A stretch of 58,468 bases of DNA, filler included, from Sphacelaria rigidula (GCA_964200075.2; 8 parts of 8 records of this genome joined end to end with filler, not necessarily neighbours in it), one strand, 5' to 3'. Shown: positions 12,142 to 24,580, numbered from the whole stretch's first letter. Made by a program: numbers and translations. The notes: a model not told the origin generated them from the letters alone.

Positions 12142-14477
12142 CCAGGTAGAGGTGCTCCAGCAATGCACTTGTATAAACTGTGGGCACGAATCACATAGCT
12201 GGTTTCAGAGATGACCCATCCGTTCAATATACGTTGATGGTGACGATTTTGATAGTGTCGCGAGACTTGTGTATCGACCGTGACCCTACAACAGTACAGC
12301 AGTTCACACTATGCCCGTCGCAGATCAAGCCGTCTTCGCAGGGTTTTCATGCACCACCTTATCGTATCAGCTACAGAACAGGGATGATGAGCCTGGGCAC
12401 GAGGCGTCCTTTTCGTTGCGAAAATTCAAAACATCCCTCACATCATGACATGTTTTCCACTTCGACAGGACGGCACTGCGTACCGACTACTGTTTTGTTG
12501 TTTGGACAGCAGCTCAGGCAATTCTGTCGGAGGTTTCTTTTTTTTTCCACCAAATATTCAAATGGACGCGGAGGGATATTGAAGACGTGTTGAAGACGTA
12601 TTGAAAGCAACATAGACTGTTCGGACCTCTGTCGAACCTCTGCCGAGCATAACACATGCTCCATCCCGAGTTGTCTGGGGTAAGTATGCGACAGCTGTGT
12701 TTTTTTTTTTTTTCTCATGCAGTCCTCGAAACAGGAAGCAAACCGGCCTGTGGCACTGAACGACCTCCGTACACACCCTAGATCTATTCAGTGTGGCGGC
12801 GGAGTTGCTCAGTTCGCCACGGCGAATCCGAAAAACCCCGAAACGTTGCAGGTACCGCGTTTTCAGTACATCTCGTGTTTGCTCTTGTGTTTGGTGCAGC
12901 GGTTTGCCAAGTGCTGCGGCCTCCGCCGCACGCGTCACGAAAACCTGCTTTATTTTCATCTTTAGTTTTATTATTTTAGTTTTTTATTTAGTTTTGGTGT
13001 GTGGGAAGCGCATGCATCAAACCGCAGTCCAATCCTCTGCTTCGTTGCCGAGAAAATAGAGTTGAAAGATAGCACAACATACTCGTACTGCAACGAGACG
13101 CACAACATCACGAGCAGCAGCTTTTATCCTCCTGTCAAATGTTATTTAAAAAAAAACATTCAGGTCCCCAGGCGTTCCAATCGTTGCCCAATACTTAGCA
13201 ACGGCCGGCCAAAACTGAGGTCATATTTGGGGGGGGGAGGGGGGGGCATCACTTCCGTGTTGCGTAGAGCTCCTCGGGGCTGTCGGTAGCGGTGGGTATT
13301 GCTGTGTGGGTGTCAATTTTTGGGCGCTGGGTATTGTGTGTACTGTCAGGGTTAGACCGCGGGTGCTTCGTATCGATCTTTCTGAAATCCAGATTTGCAC
13401 CCCCTTTTTGGAGCGATTAACTTGCGATCATGACGTGGGTACAACGGGTTTGTTATGCCCAACTGAGTCAACAACTCATGCAAATAGTACTGAGGAGTTG
13501 GGGTAATGTGCTATCGATTGGGTGTACCTCAAGTCCGTGTATACAGGCGTGCTGCGTTGGTACTTCTATCCTCACCAAGTAGAGTAGGACGCCCGGGCCA
13601 AGTCGAGTTGTTCCGGTCATGCCCACCGATCTGTTGCGCGGGTCAGTGAACGAAGATGCGACACAACAAGCTCTTCTTCGGCCGTGCTTGATACAAGAAG
13701 CTTTTCGATCGGCTCCCTCGCTGAGCAGCAGGCCCCGCACCTACCGGCAAGCCTCGGCGCTGGTATCGCATGTTCCTCCTCCCGCCCCCCTCGCTCCCAC
13801 CCTCACTGTTCCTTGACTGCATTCCTCACCGACCCCCGTTGCTGAATTATTTTATTTTTTGAATTTTCAAAATTGGGTTTGTTGGGTCTTTGGTGTAGTC
13901 GGCGGATTCAACTTCCGTTGCCCTCGCACCTCCCGCGGTGGTTGCTGCTACCCCTGCTGCACCGGGGTGGGTGACATCGCGTCATGGAAACCTACATCTC
14001 GTGTCCCGCGGGCAGCGCAGCCCAGCCTGTTGAGGGAAGTGGCCGTTGAGACGCCGATCCGGACTCTCCATCGGCGGTGCTGTCCTTGTCTGGGTGTTCG
14101 CGCAGCTTTTGCCATCTTGTGTTTTACCCAAATTGATTCGAACACGTTCGATAACAACCACTTGGACTGTACTTGACTGTCTTGCACCTGTGCCTGTTCG
14201 TTGCCTTGCTCACTATTGGCGAGGGGGAGTGCATTTTGGGCCTGGGGACTGGACATAACTGAGCGAGGGTGGGCGGATGTGCATTTTGTTCTCTCACAGT
14301 GACCTCTACCATCCTGCTGTGTCGTCATCCGCCACTCCGTGACCTGATCCTATAATTCGTCATCCGCCAACACAAACCTCGGATTTCTTCGAAATCCTAC
14401 CTGTTCGAACAACCGTTGCTGCTTTCAACGACAATCTACTGACTCGAAATTCCGAGCAACAAATGGGCCGAAGTACC

Positions 14478-14545
14478 CCCCCCCCTATCGGAAAGAAAGT
14501 AATGAGCGCCAGAATGTTGGAGGTGTCTCTATTAGGAGTAGGAAC
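14478..14545 (+). mobile_element. LINE 3'-region fragment at the contig end
   Basis: AATGTTGGAGGTGTCTCTATTAGGAGTAGGAAC is the reverse complement of the LINE 3' region at ~4298-4330. Confidence 0.7.
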
Positions 14546-14768
14546 NNNNNNNNNNNNNNNNNNNNNNNNNNNNNNNNNNNNNNNNNNNNTTAATTAATTA
14601 ANNNNNNNNNNNNNNNNNNNNNNNNNNNNNNNNNNNNNNNNNNNNAAGGAGCCCCTGAACCAGACAAAATTTCGCGAAAAAAGTGCACCCCTACCGTAGC
14701 ATTGCTCATCACGATTGATCCACTAGACGACATGACCCGTCAATACAAAAACCATGCGGGCTACATCG

Positions 14769-15866
14769 CTATTTCTTCTTTATATGGAGGCGTTTTTCCT
14801 TCAATGCCATAGCATCCGCCAAAGCAGCAGCCGCCTCTTCTGGCTTAGACTCTTGACACGCCTTAATGGCCGCGCGGTAGGTGAAGTCGCTCGTAGGAAT
14901 TTTCTTGGCGTGCATCTCCGCCAACAACTCAGTAGCCTTAGCCCACTGCCCCGCTGCTCCACACGCTTTCATGACCGAGTGGTAACACTTGGCGTTCACC
15001 GTGATGTCCTTTCTTGACATTTCTCTCATCAGCTCCAACGCCATCTCCCACTCTCCGGCGGCAGCGCACGCATCGAGAACCACCTTGTAGTTTTTCGTGC
15101 CGGGAGGAACACTTTTTTCGGGCATCTCCCTCAGCAACTCCAATGCAATGTCCCACTGGCCATCGTCCACGCATGCCATCATAACAATGCTATAGTGCTC
15201 CGGATTGACGCCAGTTTTCATACTTCGCAAGAGCTCTATCGCAGTCACCCACTGATTCGATTGCGCACACGCCAGCATGGCCGCTTTGTGGTTGGATGGT
15301 TCGGGGGTGACACCTCTAGTCGACATTTCCCTCAACAGCTCCACAGCCGTTTCCCACTGTCCTGCATTTCCGCAGGCCTTCATTACCGTTTTATACGTGA
15401 TTGGTCGGGGCTTGACCTTCATCGTCCACATCTCCTTCAGTAAATCCACAGCCTTTTCCCAATGGTGCGCTCGCCAGCACGAGTTGATGGCCGTGTTGTA
15501 GGCCAAAATATTCGGGGTGACACCCTTCGCCCGCATTTCAGCCAGCAACTCCAGAGTTATCTCCCACTGACTGCTTGTGTCACACGCCTTCATTACCGTG
15601 GTGTAGCTGATAACGTCCGGCGCGAGATGCTCTTCAGGCATTTTCCTCAACAGCTCCAAGGCCATACGCCACTGCTTGTGCTTCCCGCAGACGTTCATGG
15701 CGGTATTGTAGGTGATGACATCGGGCGTGACACCGTGCATTGGCATATCTCTGAACAATTCCAGAGCCTTCCCCCAGTTATTCTTCTTCGTCCCGTAGGC
15801 GAAGATAGCCGCGTTATACACGACCAAAGTATCCACCTCGGGATCGTTCCGTGCCTCCGCTATCAC
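14769..15866 (-). CDS. PPR protein, terminal exon with 10 P-type PPR motifs
   Basis: Ten ~35-aa repeats such as VITYNTAMNVCGKHKQWRMALELLRKMPEEHLAPD. Acceptor actcag|GTG at 15866; stop TAG at 14769-14771. Confidence 0.95.
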   Translation of the reverse strand: MIAEARNDPEVDTLVVYNAAIFAYGTKKNNWGKALELFRDMPMHGVTPDVITYNTAMNVCGKHKQWRMALELLRKMPEEHLAPDVISYTTVMKACDTSSQWEITLELLAEMRAKGVTPNILAYNTAINSCWRAHHWEKAVDLLKEMWTMKVKPRPITYKTVMKACGNAGQWETAVELLREMSTRGVTPEPSNHKAAMLACAQSNQWVTAIELLRSMKTGVNPEHYSIVMMACVDDGQWDIALELLREMPEKSVPPGTKNYKVVLDACAAAGEWEMALELMREMSRKDITVNAKCYHSVMKACGAAGQWAKATELLAEMHAKKIPTSDFTYRAAIKACQESKPEEAAAALADAMALKEKRLHIKKK

Positions 15867-16171
15867 CTGAGTCGATCAACGAAACGGGGACGGAGGAGAG
15901 GGGGCGGAGCGACACTGATTCATTTCACCCCCATATTTATGACGCCAACAACATCCCTCCCCTCCTTGCTCTCGAAAAGCGTCCGTTTACCCCCGTTCTT
16001 GCCTTGCACGTACTACTTTCGTAGTAAACTATTACCACAAGGGCTTGGCTGTTCAAGGAATGATGGGGATGGTTGGGGGAGCGTCATCAGGTTCGCGGTG
16101 GCCCTTCAGAAAACGGATGAAACACGCATTGTTTTGCTTCCACACACCGCTATCGCCAAACGTTTCAATAC

Positions 16172-16753
16172 CTTCTTAATACCCTTTTGGCCGAACTGGG
16201 ACGCAGGTTTTTTTAGCAGGTCAAGGAGGGCAGCCTCGCGCAATCTCCCGCCTTCCGCTCGTTTCGACTTTGTTTCGGCCTCGCTATCGGGAGGTGCAGC
16301 AGTCTCATCGCACGTCTCTGCATCCAGCGCTCGGGTTACTCTTGTGCTACTGCCAGAAACCTCGGCAGCTAATTTCTTCGCATGTGCGAACACACCCGTC
16401 GCACTACTACCGGTGCTGACCAAGCCCTTCGAAGACATCATTGATGTTTGCAGCCGTACTCGTGGGTAACAAGTCGCTACTGAAGCATCTTTCGCCGAAA
16501 TTGCGAATAACGGCCGCTTCAAAACGCGCGGGGCCTGACAGGTGATGACAACTCCAGCTGTCGTCTTCGGCGCTAAACTATAGCCCGAAGCTTCTGCAGT
16601 GCTTCCTGCAGAGTTGCTCCCCGAGGAGGGGCGTGCGCACCACGACTGCTCGTCCACGGTGCGTGAGGCATCTGGGATCTTCAGCTCGCGGGAGAACCGT
16701 CGAACGGCGTGGATTGGCCGTGCAGTCGCACCTGATGCATAGCGGGATATCAT
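16172..16753 (-). CDS. PPR protein, first coding exon with a probable mitochondrial targeting peptide
   Basis: ATG at 16753 gives MISRYASGATARPIHAVRRFSR (Arg/Ser/Ala-rich, no acidic residues). Donor AAG|gtattg at 16172 is phase 0 and joins ...KGIKK|VIAEARNDPE, giving ~559 aa. An alternative in-frame ATG lies at 16810. Confidence 0.7.
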
Positions 16754-17179
16754 CTTCGTCACGAAAGCAGACCGTTGATTCGCACCTACTGCATTCGGAA
16801 AGAGGTGCATGCACAGACACTGAAAACAAAAGGGGACGGGAAGCAGATCTAGATAATGTTCTTCACGTTTCGACGTATCGATATTGGTGTTCCAAGTGCG
16901 TCAAGAGTTCATGCAAGGAAGAATTTACACGGAATAGCTTGAGCTGTACTCGAATCATTCGCTTTTTTACAATTCGAAACTGAGAGGGGTGGTGCCGAAA
17001 ATGAGAATCCCGAGAACAAGGGAAACTCTTGGTGTTTGCACGAACAAGATCGCAGGTGCATGTGCGGTTGGTTTTATCCATGAAATCACGTGAGTAGGCA
17101 ATAGTATAACGTTGGATGCGCGTGAAATGTACAGCAGTGGGCGTCTAACTATTCATTTCGTGGCATTTCGTGATTCTTT

Positions 17180-18814
17180 CACACCCTGGACAATACAATA
17201 TGTTTCCAATATATATTAGTCGATCATATTGGAATTTTGCGATATATTGCCGGCGTAATATATATTGATGTTGTGGGACTGCAAACGTATTGCGCGCCCA
17301 ATATATGTTGATGTCGTGGGACTGCATACATATTGCCCGCCCAATATATATTGGTACTGTGGGGTTGAACACATATTGTCCCATCAATATATATATTAAG
17401 GCAGCGTGGGCGACAGCATATTGGACGACCAATATATATATATTAGGGTCGTATTGATGAAAACATATTGACCGGTCAATATATATTGGGTCTGCGTGGG
17501 TGCTAATGTATTGGCCGGTCAATATGTATTGGATATTTCAATTTTGGTGTAAGCTTCAAGAAAGGTCCAGACGCGATGGATGCCGGAGCCCGTCCAGGTT
17601 GGGAAAAGCTTCAAAGGAAGCCGCAGAAGTCCGCGTACATTACTACGGAGAGTTGTTGAATGCGCTGACATATATATATATATATATATATATACTGGTC
17701 AGAAAGTATGGTAACAGAAGAGGCGACCCGGTATATACGCCTCCTGATACCTATCTGGCCACCGGTGCGAGACCGCCCATCCCCTTCACAACATGTAATT
17801 AATATATCTTGGCTAAACATCACGACGACTGAAAACGCGGGTCGATATGCACCTTTCGGTACCCTTGTGGTCACCGGGGCTGTGTTGCTTATACCTTGGA
17901 CAATACAATATGTTCCATTATGATACCAATACTTTGTATTGGAGTCAGCTCAAACATTGTCCTTTCAATATATATTGTGTTGAGATGTTCTCGGAGACAT
18001 TGAAGCAAAAACATATATTGCTCCTGTCATGATCATGGAGTAATGTATGACAATATATATTGGAATGCATTTGCTCCGGGAATAAAACATTCAATATATA
18101 TTGTGCATGCCGGCCGTGTATGTATTGAAGTGTCAATATATATTGAGTCGAAGCGATGCGTAGCACATTGGTACCATAATATATATTGAACGCAAACCAT
18201 CCAAAAGTATTGTTTTCCCGCAATATATTGCGCACGCTCATCGCATAGCTATTGTGCAGCTTGCAGAGGAGTATATTGAGCGTTTTCGGCATGTGGTGAC
18301 ACATGTTTCAATGACGCCCGCGAACATAGAGTTGCCCACTATACTAATTCCGATACACTTCCCAATCTACATGTTGAAAATCAAAATAATTGCTACACCA
18401 ATATGTATTGAAACCCTCGGTTCCCTCGTGTATCGTCCGCCCAATATATATTGGACACATTGACGCACGACATATTGGGGTGGCAAAGTATATTGACGCC
18501 TCGGGTGTTGAGTATATTAAATCATCAATATATATTGCCCTCGTGTGGCAGCCAATATATTACTCGACAAATATATATTGGTGCTTTCTCGCACCAACAT
18601 ATTACTCGGCCAATATATATTGAGGTGGCGCGTGTCGTGATATATTGTTTGGTCACAATATATTGCATGTCGCGGGCCTTGACATATTGATGGCACAATA
18701 TATATTGACCCTCTCTCGTGCCAGCATATTGCTCGCCCAATATATATTGACCACCCGACGCGTCGACATATTGTGCGGGCAATATATATTACATATTATA
18801 TTGTCCAGGGTGTG
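17180..18814. mobile_element. Non-autonomous TIR element with CACAC...GTGTG termini (CMC/EnSpm-like) and ~42-bp periodic subterminal arrays
   Basis: Left end CACACCCTGGACAATACAATATG; right end reverse complement CACACCCTGGACAATATAATATG. A second degenerate left end sits at ~17890. The same right end recurs at 38303-38365. No TSD identified. Confidence 0.75.
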
Positions 18815-21800
18815 GATTTTTTTCGAAATTGACGATTTTCTTGGGCTCTTTTCGCTTGCCACCCCTCATCACACCGAGGATCTCAAGTTATTTGTATCCG
18901 CTCCACGTTCCAAGAAGAAAAAACCATATGTGCTCAATTTTGAGTGACTTACGGGCTGATCGGTCATCGGGGGTCCTACCACGTGTTAGCCCAGATTCTT
19001 ACTCTTCTGTATTTTCGGTCGATCGAGCCCGTCCCGATCGTATTTGTAAAAAAACTGTACAGTTATAATTAAAAAAAATTCTGCATACTCAGTGCACTAG
19101 GGCCGAAAAACTGTGTTTCACTGTCAATAACACCCTCCTGATGAACGGGGTTTTCACTCGTTTCGCCCGATAACACCAACTGAGACTGACTTGGGCAATG
19201 TGTTTCGAATATGATCTGTTTTGTTGTACCAAAATCCAACGACGCTGGCAACTTCGAGTTTTATCGAAGAATAGTATGCGAGGAAAACCCCAAAACACCC
19301 TTAAATAGTTAGACCGCCCACTACTGTATCGAGAAGATTATATAAATGCTGTACCGCAGTCGCACTGGAGGCTATACTGTGCCCAGTGTACAGATTTTGT
19401 GACGCAGACTGCACACATTACGTCGCGGCATGATCCATTTTCCCTCTTACACACCTTTACCAAGAGTTGATGGTGTTTACCAAATCGCAGCGACAGCATT
19501 TGTCTCCTGCCTTTCATAAACACGCTGTTGTTCGATTGGCTGGTAGACCCATCTCAAAATAACTGCCTCGCTACAGAACCAGCCGTGTTTACCGTATGGA
19601 TCTATCCAGGGTACGTAAACAAGACCGCCCAATGAAAAAAAACTCGAGAACAAGGCAAGAAAGTACATAAATGGCACCGCACGCGATTGACAGCAACTGC
19701 ATGTCCCAGTATCAAACCTCAGCTGCCACCGCGGATAAAATACTCACACCATGAACCTGTATTACAGTGGCCTCACTCTTGTACACGAAAAGCCTACAAG
19801 CCGCGTCGCCTGCAGACGAGCTGACTTTATGACCTCGCTTCGAGCAGGCATGAACCCAAGAATACAAGTTGGTGATTATCCATGGCACCCGCCGCTTCGC
19901 ATATCTCGCTCACTCCAGAGCTAGTCCTTTCGGCTAAAGCTAGCATAATTTGACAGGTTCCAGTAAGTGCCTACGTCCAGCCGGTGTCCATCCACAGCTC
20001 CGAGTTTGGGTCATTTGTCAAATATGCGGACTGTCGGCTTCTTATTCAGGAACAACTGCATCCGGGCGATGCAAGAAAATATGAACCAGGGTGCAAACCG
20101 CGGACTGGCTGAGGACACGGCACTACCGGCATCCGCGAAACGTTTAGACATTTAAATGACCGACCAAAGCAACGACAACGCAGACGGTAGCTTCAAACTC
20201 TGTACGACTCAAGACCTCGATGTTTTGTGGATTTGCTGCAATATACTGTGATATAAATATTTTTTGCGTTCGAGGAATTAGGGTACTGTAAGGTGACAAT
20301 CCTCTACACAGGGGAAGTCAAAGTGTTGCACCTCCAGCTGGACATCATTTTGGGCAAACCCACATCCTGAGCAACTGCATACGGCACAATGGTTTCCGCG
20401 TGGAAGGACGTCCACGCACTGCAGCCACTGACCGCATTTAGGTACACAAGGTGCATCTAAATTCATTTCTATTCGTGACGCCATGTTTGCATCACCTCTA
20501 TAAGTCAGGATCAAAAACAAAATCCAAGAGCCAACACTGGACCTGTGCATGGTAGGGAAAATAACTTGGAATAGTGTCCTTCACGGGCTACGCAATGGTA
20601 TCATACACCGAATAAAAAAAGATGGCGTTTTTTTTTTCTCGTGCATCTCAAGCTGTTGGCGATACCTGAGTTGCTGCGCATCCACGTCAGCTTTTTTAGC
20701 GCCCACGCATCACCAGGATGCTTGGTATTAAGAGCGAAATATGATCGCGGAGGTGTATCTATATTTGATATATGAAGCGCGTAGAGAGCTGCCGATAAAT
20801 GAAGAAGCGCGGTTAAACTTGTGCTTTTTCAAGGAACACAATCGGTCAAGCGGAGTTGCAATATTGCTGGTTGGCTACCCTGACGCCCGTCTCCTAGCAG
20901 ATATTGGCTGCTGCAGTCGTCCCCGATGATACAGGAATACATCGCGCCATCGCTCGAGAAATAGATATGAGCGAGTTTCGCCGCAAGAACACTTCTTGGC
21001 CGGAAGGCATATCGTCCATCAGTCTAGTTGCCACTTTACCGGCTGGGCTTGACGAAGGTATTGTGGCTGCGGTAGCAAGAGCCGTGCGTTTGTTCGAGTC
21101 AATTGTTAAGCTGTCCTGTACAGCGACTCGATAGTTGAACCCGCCACCGGCAAAACGTGCACCACGAACTTCTTTAAAAGGAGGGTCGGGGGGTGGTATG
21201 GTATGATTGCGTTATTTCGGAAACTTCTTCATAGGCGTACGTATGAAATACCCGTGAACTTGGGGCTAAGGATATGTCTTGACCTAGATGTAGCACCTGA
21301 TTTTCTTACTGTTAAAAAACGAAGCTGGCGGGCCATGCATTGGCAGGCCCCGATTTTTTCCCTGTAGCAATAACTTTTGGAGTTTTTTCGACAACCGTCT
21401 TCTGAAATTTGCGGGAAAAAAACGAGCTTTTCCGAGGGTTGAAAAGAGTGAAGGGGCAGGCGAACATGCGCGAGACGATCATGGTTTTGTGTTCCGTGGG
21501 GTACGGCTAGGAACCTGATGATACGGTGCACGGAGCACTGCATCTACTCCGTGCGAGCTTCACCGCCTGCGAAACAACAACACGATCACCGGAGTGTAGC
21601 GCACTCGGTTAACGAAGTTCGGCGCAAGTGTTTTGGGTTGGATCCAGCAATACCTGGATGTGATTTGTTTTTTCCAGCAATTTTGACAAAGTCACACCAA
21701 GTCGAGCGGGTGCGAATATACGCAAGATCTTCGTTAAATTTCGATGGCATGGCATGGGAACTCGCAATCATTGGCGCAGGAGGCAATGCCCCCCCCCCCC

Positions 21801-22288
21801 CCCCCCCCCCCCCCGGCGGGGAAAAGCGGCTTTTTCTAGATTTTTTGCGGGTGTTCTCTTCCCCTTNNNNNNNNNNNNNNNNNNNNNNNNNNNNNNNNNN
21901 NNNNNNNNNNTTAATTAATTAANNNNNNNNNNNNNNNNNNNNNNNNNNNNNNNNNNNNNNNNNNNNCCCCCCCCCCCCCCCCTATCGTAGGACCCCCCAT
22001 GAGAAGTCTGCAGGTCCGCGGGCCTCGTGTTTTTTTGTGCCCGCTAAGCACGCTTTTCAGTGTGCTCGTCCGCGTTTTATTTCGCCGCTGCCGAGCACCT
22101 CGAGCGGTTTAAGCTGCCTCTGCTCCCTTGCTCTGTTGTGTTCTAATTGTTTTCGTTTCGCCTTAATTCGTCCCCCATATTCTTCATCTCTTCGTTCGGT
22201 TTATGTTGATTCCCGTCGTCCGCGTGTCTCTCCAATGCTGTGTTGCGTGCCCGTTTTCTTTTGTTGTTGAATCAATCGGTGAAAACAG

Positions 22289-22376
22289 GAAGGGCTGCGA
22301 CGATCAATTTCTAGAACAATTGTTCAAGTTTCGACCGACCAGGCTGGTTTACGTTAGTTGCGACCCCTCCACCCAG
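22289..22376 (+). CDS. TRM2: Trm2/TrmA-family RNA (uracil-5-)-methyltransferase, penultimate exon
   Basis: aacag|G ... CAG|gtattt; reads (R)KGCDDQFLEQLFKFRPTRLVYVSCDPSTQ, including the catalytic YVSC motif. Confidence 0.88.
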
Positions 22377-22704
22377 GTATTTCACAAAAAAACGCCAACC
22401 GTAAGACGATGGTGCATCAAACTTATACCTGGTACACCACCCCCCCATGAACGACACCTCTGGGTAATGAGTTCTCTTCAGCAAATTTTGGCACCATCTT
22501 GGGTACGTAGCGTGCTCTTTTGGGATTACGAAGTGAATCATCCCCCCTTTCTCATCTCATCCGCTCCCCCCTTGTCTGACTGACACCACTGGGTGATACT
22601 TGTTCAGGTCTCAAAACTTCATGACCTGGAGAGTGCATACGCTGTCGTTTACATTTGTACTGATTGGTTTGCTTAATCGCTTGGTTGTCTCAGAGGAGGT
22701 GTCC

Positions 22705-22765
22705 GTGTGTGTGTGTGTGTGTGTATGTGTGTATGTGTTTATGTGTGTGTGTGCGCGCGCGCGCG
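22705..22765. repeat. (TG)n/(CG)n microsatellite in the TRM2 intron
   Basis: Direct reading. Confidence 0.85.
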
Positions 22766-22884
22766 TTCTTTGTAGGGGGAAATTGACTGGTCAGGCGGTT
22801 ACCAATACCGCGTGAACAACACCCCACCCACGACTTGCGATACGCGCTAAGCGGTACAATATACTCAGAGATGAAAACTAACGA

Positions 22885-22968
22885 GGGGGTGCGTAGTCAG
22901 TTGTTCTTTGCCTTGGTTATTTGGCTATTGACCACGCATTCCTGTCAAGACGGAGCGAGGGGGGGGGG
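22885..22968 (-). mobile_element. Solo ~66-bp LINE 3'-terminal module flanked by G-runs
   Basis: Diverged match to CGTACTCATTTGTTGCTTGCC...GACCACGCATCCCTTTCGAGACGGAGC, with G-runs on both sides. Confidence 0.7.
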
Positions 22969-23040
22969 CGGGCGTGGAACACTTACTGTGCCCGTGATTT
23001 ATTTAGCCCGTTGATGGAGCACCTTTAAATCGTGCGCCGC

Positions 23041-23117
23041 TGTACTGTACTGTATTGTACTGTTCTACACTGTACTGTACTGTACTGTACTATACTATAC
23101 TGTACTGTACTGTACTG
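23041..23117. repeat. (TGTAC)n pentanucleotide microsatellite
   Basis: About 15 imperfect tgtac units. Confidence 0.88.
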
Positions 23118-23395
23118 ACTCTTTGGGATGCTCAAACGCGACTTGCGTGCGCTCTTGTGATGTGCTGGTGCATCAAAGTAGTCTCTAATACTCGTCGCAT
23201 TCGGCGTCTGAACAATGCATTACTGTACTGTGTATGTCGTGCGTATTTGACAAGCAAGTGGGCATCGCAGAAATTTTGCGCCGGTGAAAAAGAAACGTGA
23301 AAAGCACGCTTATGCGTGTGCTCACTTGAAGACAGTGGCTCGACTGCTCATGTGCCTGTCCCCCATTGCTCCTGTTTTTTGTTGCGCGATTGCAG

Positions 23396-23521
23396 GCACG
23401 AGACGCCAAGGCGATTATTGCGAGCGGTTACGAGGCGGTGGACATTCAACCGTTCGATCTTTTTCCGCAGACAAGACACATCGAGAACGTCATCACTTTC
23501 CAGGACTCACGTCGACAGTAG
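23396..23521 (+). CDS. TRM2: Trm2/TrmA-family methyltransferase, terminal exon
   Basis: ttgcag|GCA, phase 0: ARDAKAIIASGYEAVDIQPFDLFPQTRHIENVITFQDSRRQ*. Contains the DLFPQT.H.E signature. Confidence 0.9.
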   Translation, partial: ARDAKAIIASGYEAVDIQPFDLFPQTRHIENVITFQDSRRQ

Positions 23522-24409
23522 CATCCGTCGGTTACTCGTAGTACCCTAGTTTTAGTCTTCACGCGTTTGTTTTTGCTGCTGTATTTCCGGTGTTCTATGT
23601 ATTATGGTATTTATACAGTATACACAAATTGAAGTTTTGCCTGTGGTATTGGGTTCACGTGTCGATTTTTTTTGGAATTTGTGTGTGTGTGCTTGTGTGT
23701 GTGTTTCTTTTTCTTCAAGTTTTTGGGGGTTGCGAATACAAGAATCGATAGACATTGCAATCTGATATTCCACGTGACGTAGTACCACATTCCCCGCGCG
23801 GGGATAAAACCGCTCTATCCCGTCTCCAGACACTGGGGGTGTTATCTACCGTGTTCGTTAGTTACGCAGACGTTCACACACGACTAGCGATACCCCCGAA
23901 CAGGTAGGGGAAATCGTTGCAACGTATCCACCACATACTATTCCTTGATGATCTCCTTCTCCCCCCATCGATTTTCCCGGGGACAACGCAAATTCATCCC
24001 CTCCATGAACGATCTCAGCGAAAAGGGAGGTGTCATCCGACGTTCGGGTCATTTGCGGTCGGAAAACAATGAACGTAAAGTAATGACCGGTACCAATATA
24101 TAGCGTACAATTTACCGTCACTAGTGATCACGCATGTCTTTTTTCTCAGCGGGGTTACAGACACCACGGGGAATATATTTGAAGTGAAAACAAGCCAAAT
24201 ACCGCAATTCGGCCTCCGGCGGCGCTCCCGCTGAGCCCCCTCATCAGCCCGGGGGGGCGCGGGTACTTATTTGTTGCCTGCCATAGTAGTTTGACCACTG
24301 ACTAGCCCCGGGGAGGGGCGTTGGGACCGGCGATTTCGCCGCTTGCCCATCATTCCAGTAAACCGATTCACTGGAAAAGATCGCTTAACCCTTGAACGAC
24401 GAGAGTAGG

Positions 24410-24580
24410 TCATCCGTTGAATCGACATCAACTTCACTTGAAAAAAGTATGCGTGGTCCAGATGGACTACCCTCGTGGTATCAAGGAGGGTTAATCCTTT
24501 GACCATGACGGTAGGTCACCCGATGAATGGGCTTGAATTTTACTTGAAAAAAGTAGGCGTGGTCGAGATAGATTACCCGC
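24410..24580. repeat. Dispersed repeat with internal duplication; related copy at ~26335-26490
   Basis: Shared motif GAAT.G.CATCAA.TTCACTTGAAAAA.GT..G.....CCAGA.GGACTAC occurs twice at each locus. Confidence 0.55.

Noticed and set aside
15462..16469. 335-aa plus-strand ORF
   Set aside because: Antisense shadow of the PPR gene; it crosses the PPR intron and has no recognisable motif.
17180..18814. CRISPR array call for the CAATATATATTG repeat-spacer blocks
   Set aside because: Repeats are short, AT-rich and degenerate, spacers are only 6 and ~18 nt, there are no cas genes, the context is eukaryotic and the blocks are bounded by TIRs. Reported as a transposon-associated array instead.
19300..20200. 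Possible decayed KDZ-type transposase on the minus strand (CHG...ILGF)
   Set aside because: Only one short motif amid stops; it cannot be supported without a profile search.
20380..20505. Possible Fanzor/TnpB zinc-finger-RuvC remnant (RTSTHCSH*...IRD)
   Set aside because: No second CxxC, no RD.NAA.N motif and no RuvC-I motif visible; the frame has stops. Most likely a chance resemblance; an HMM search would settle it.
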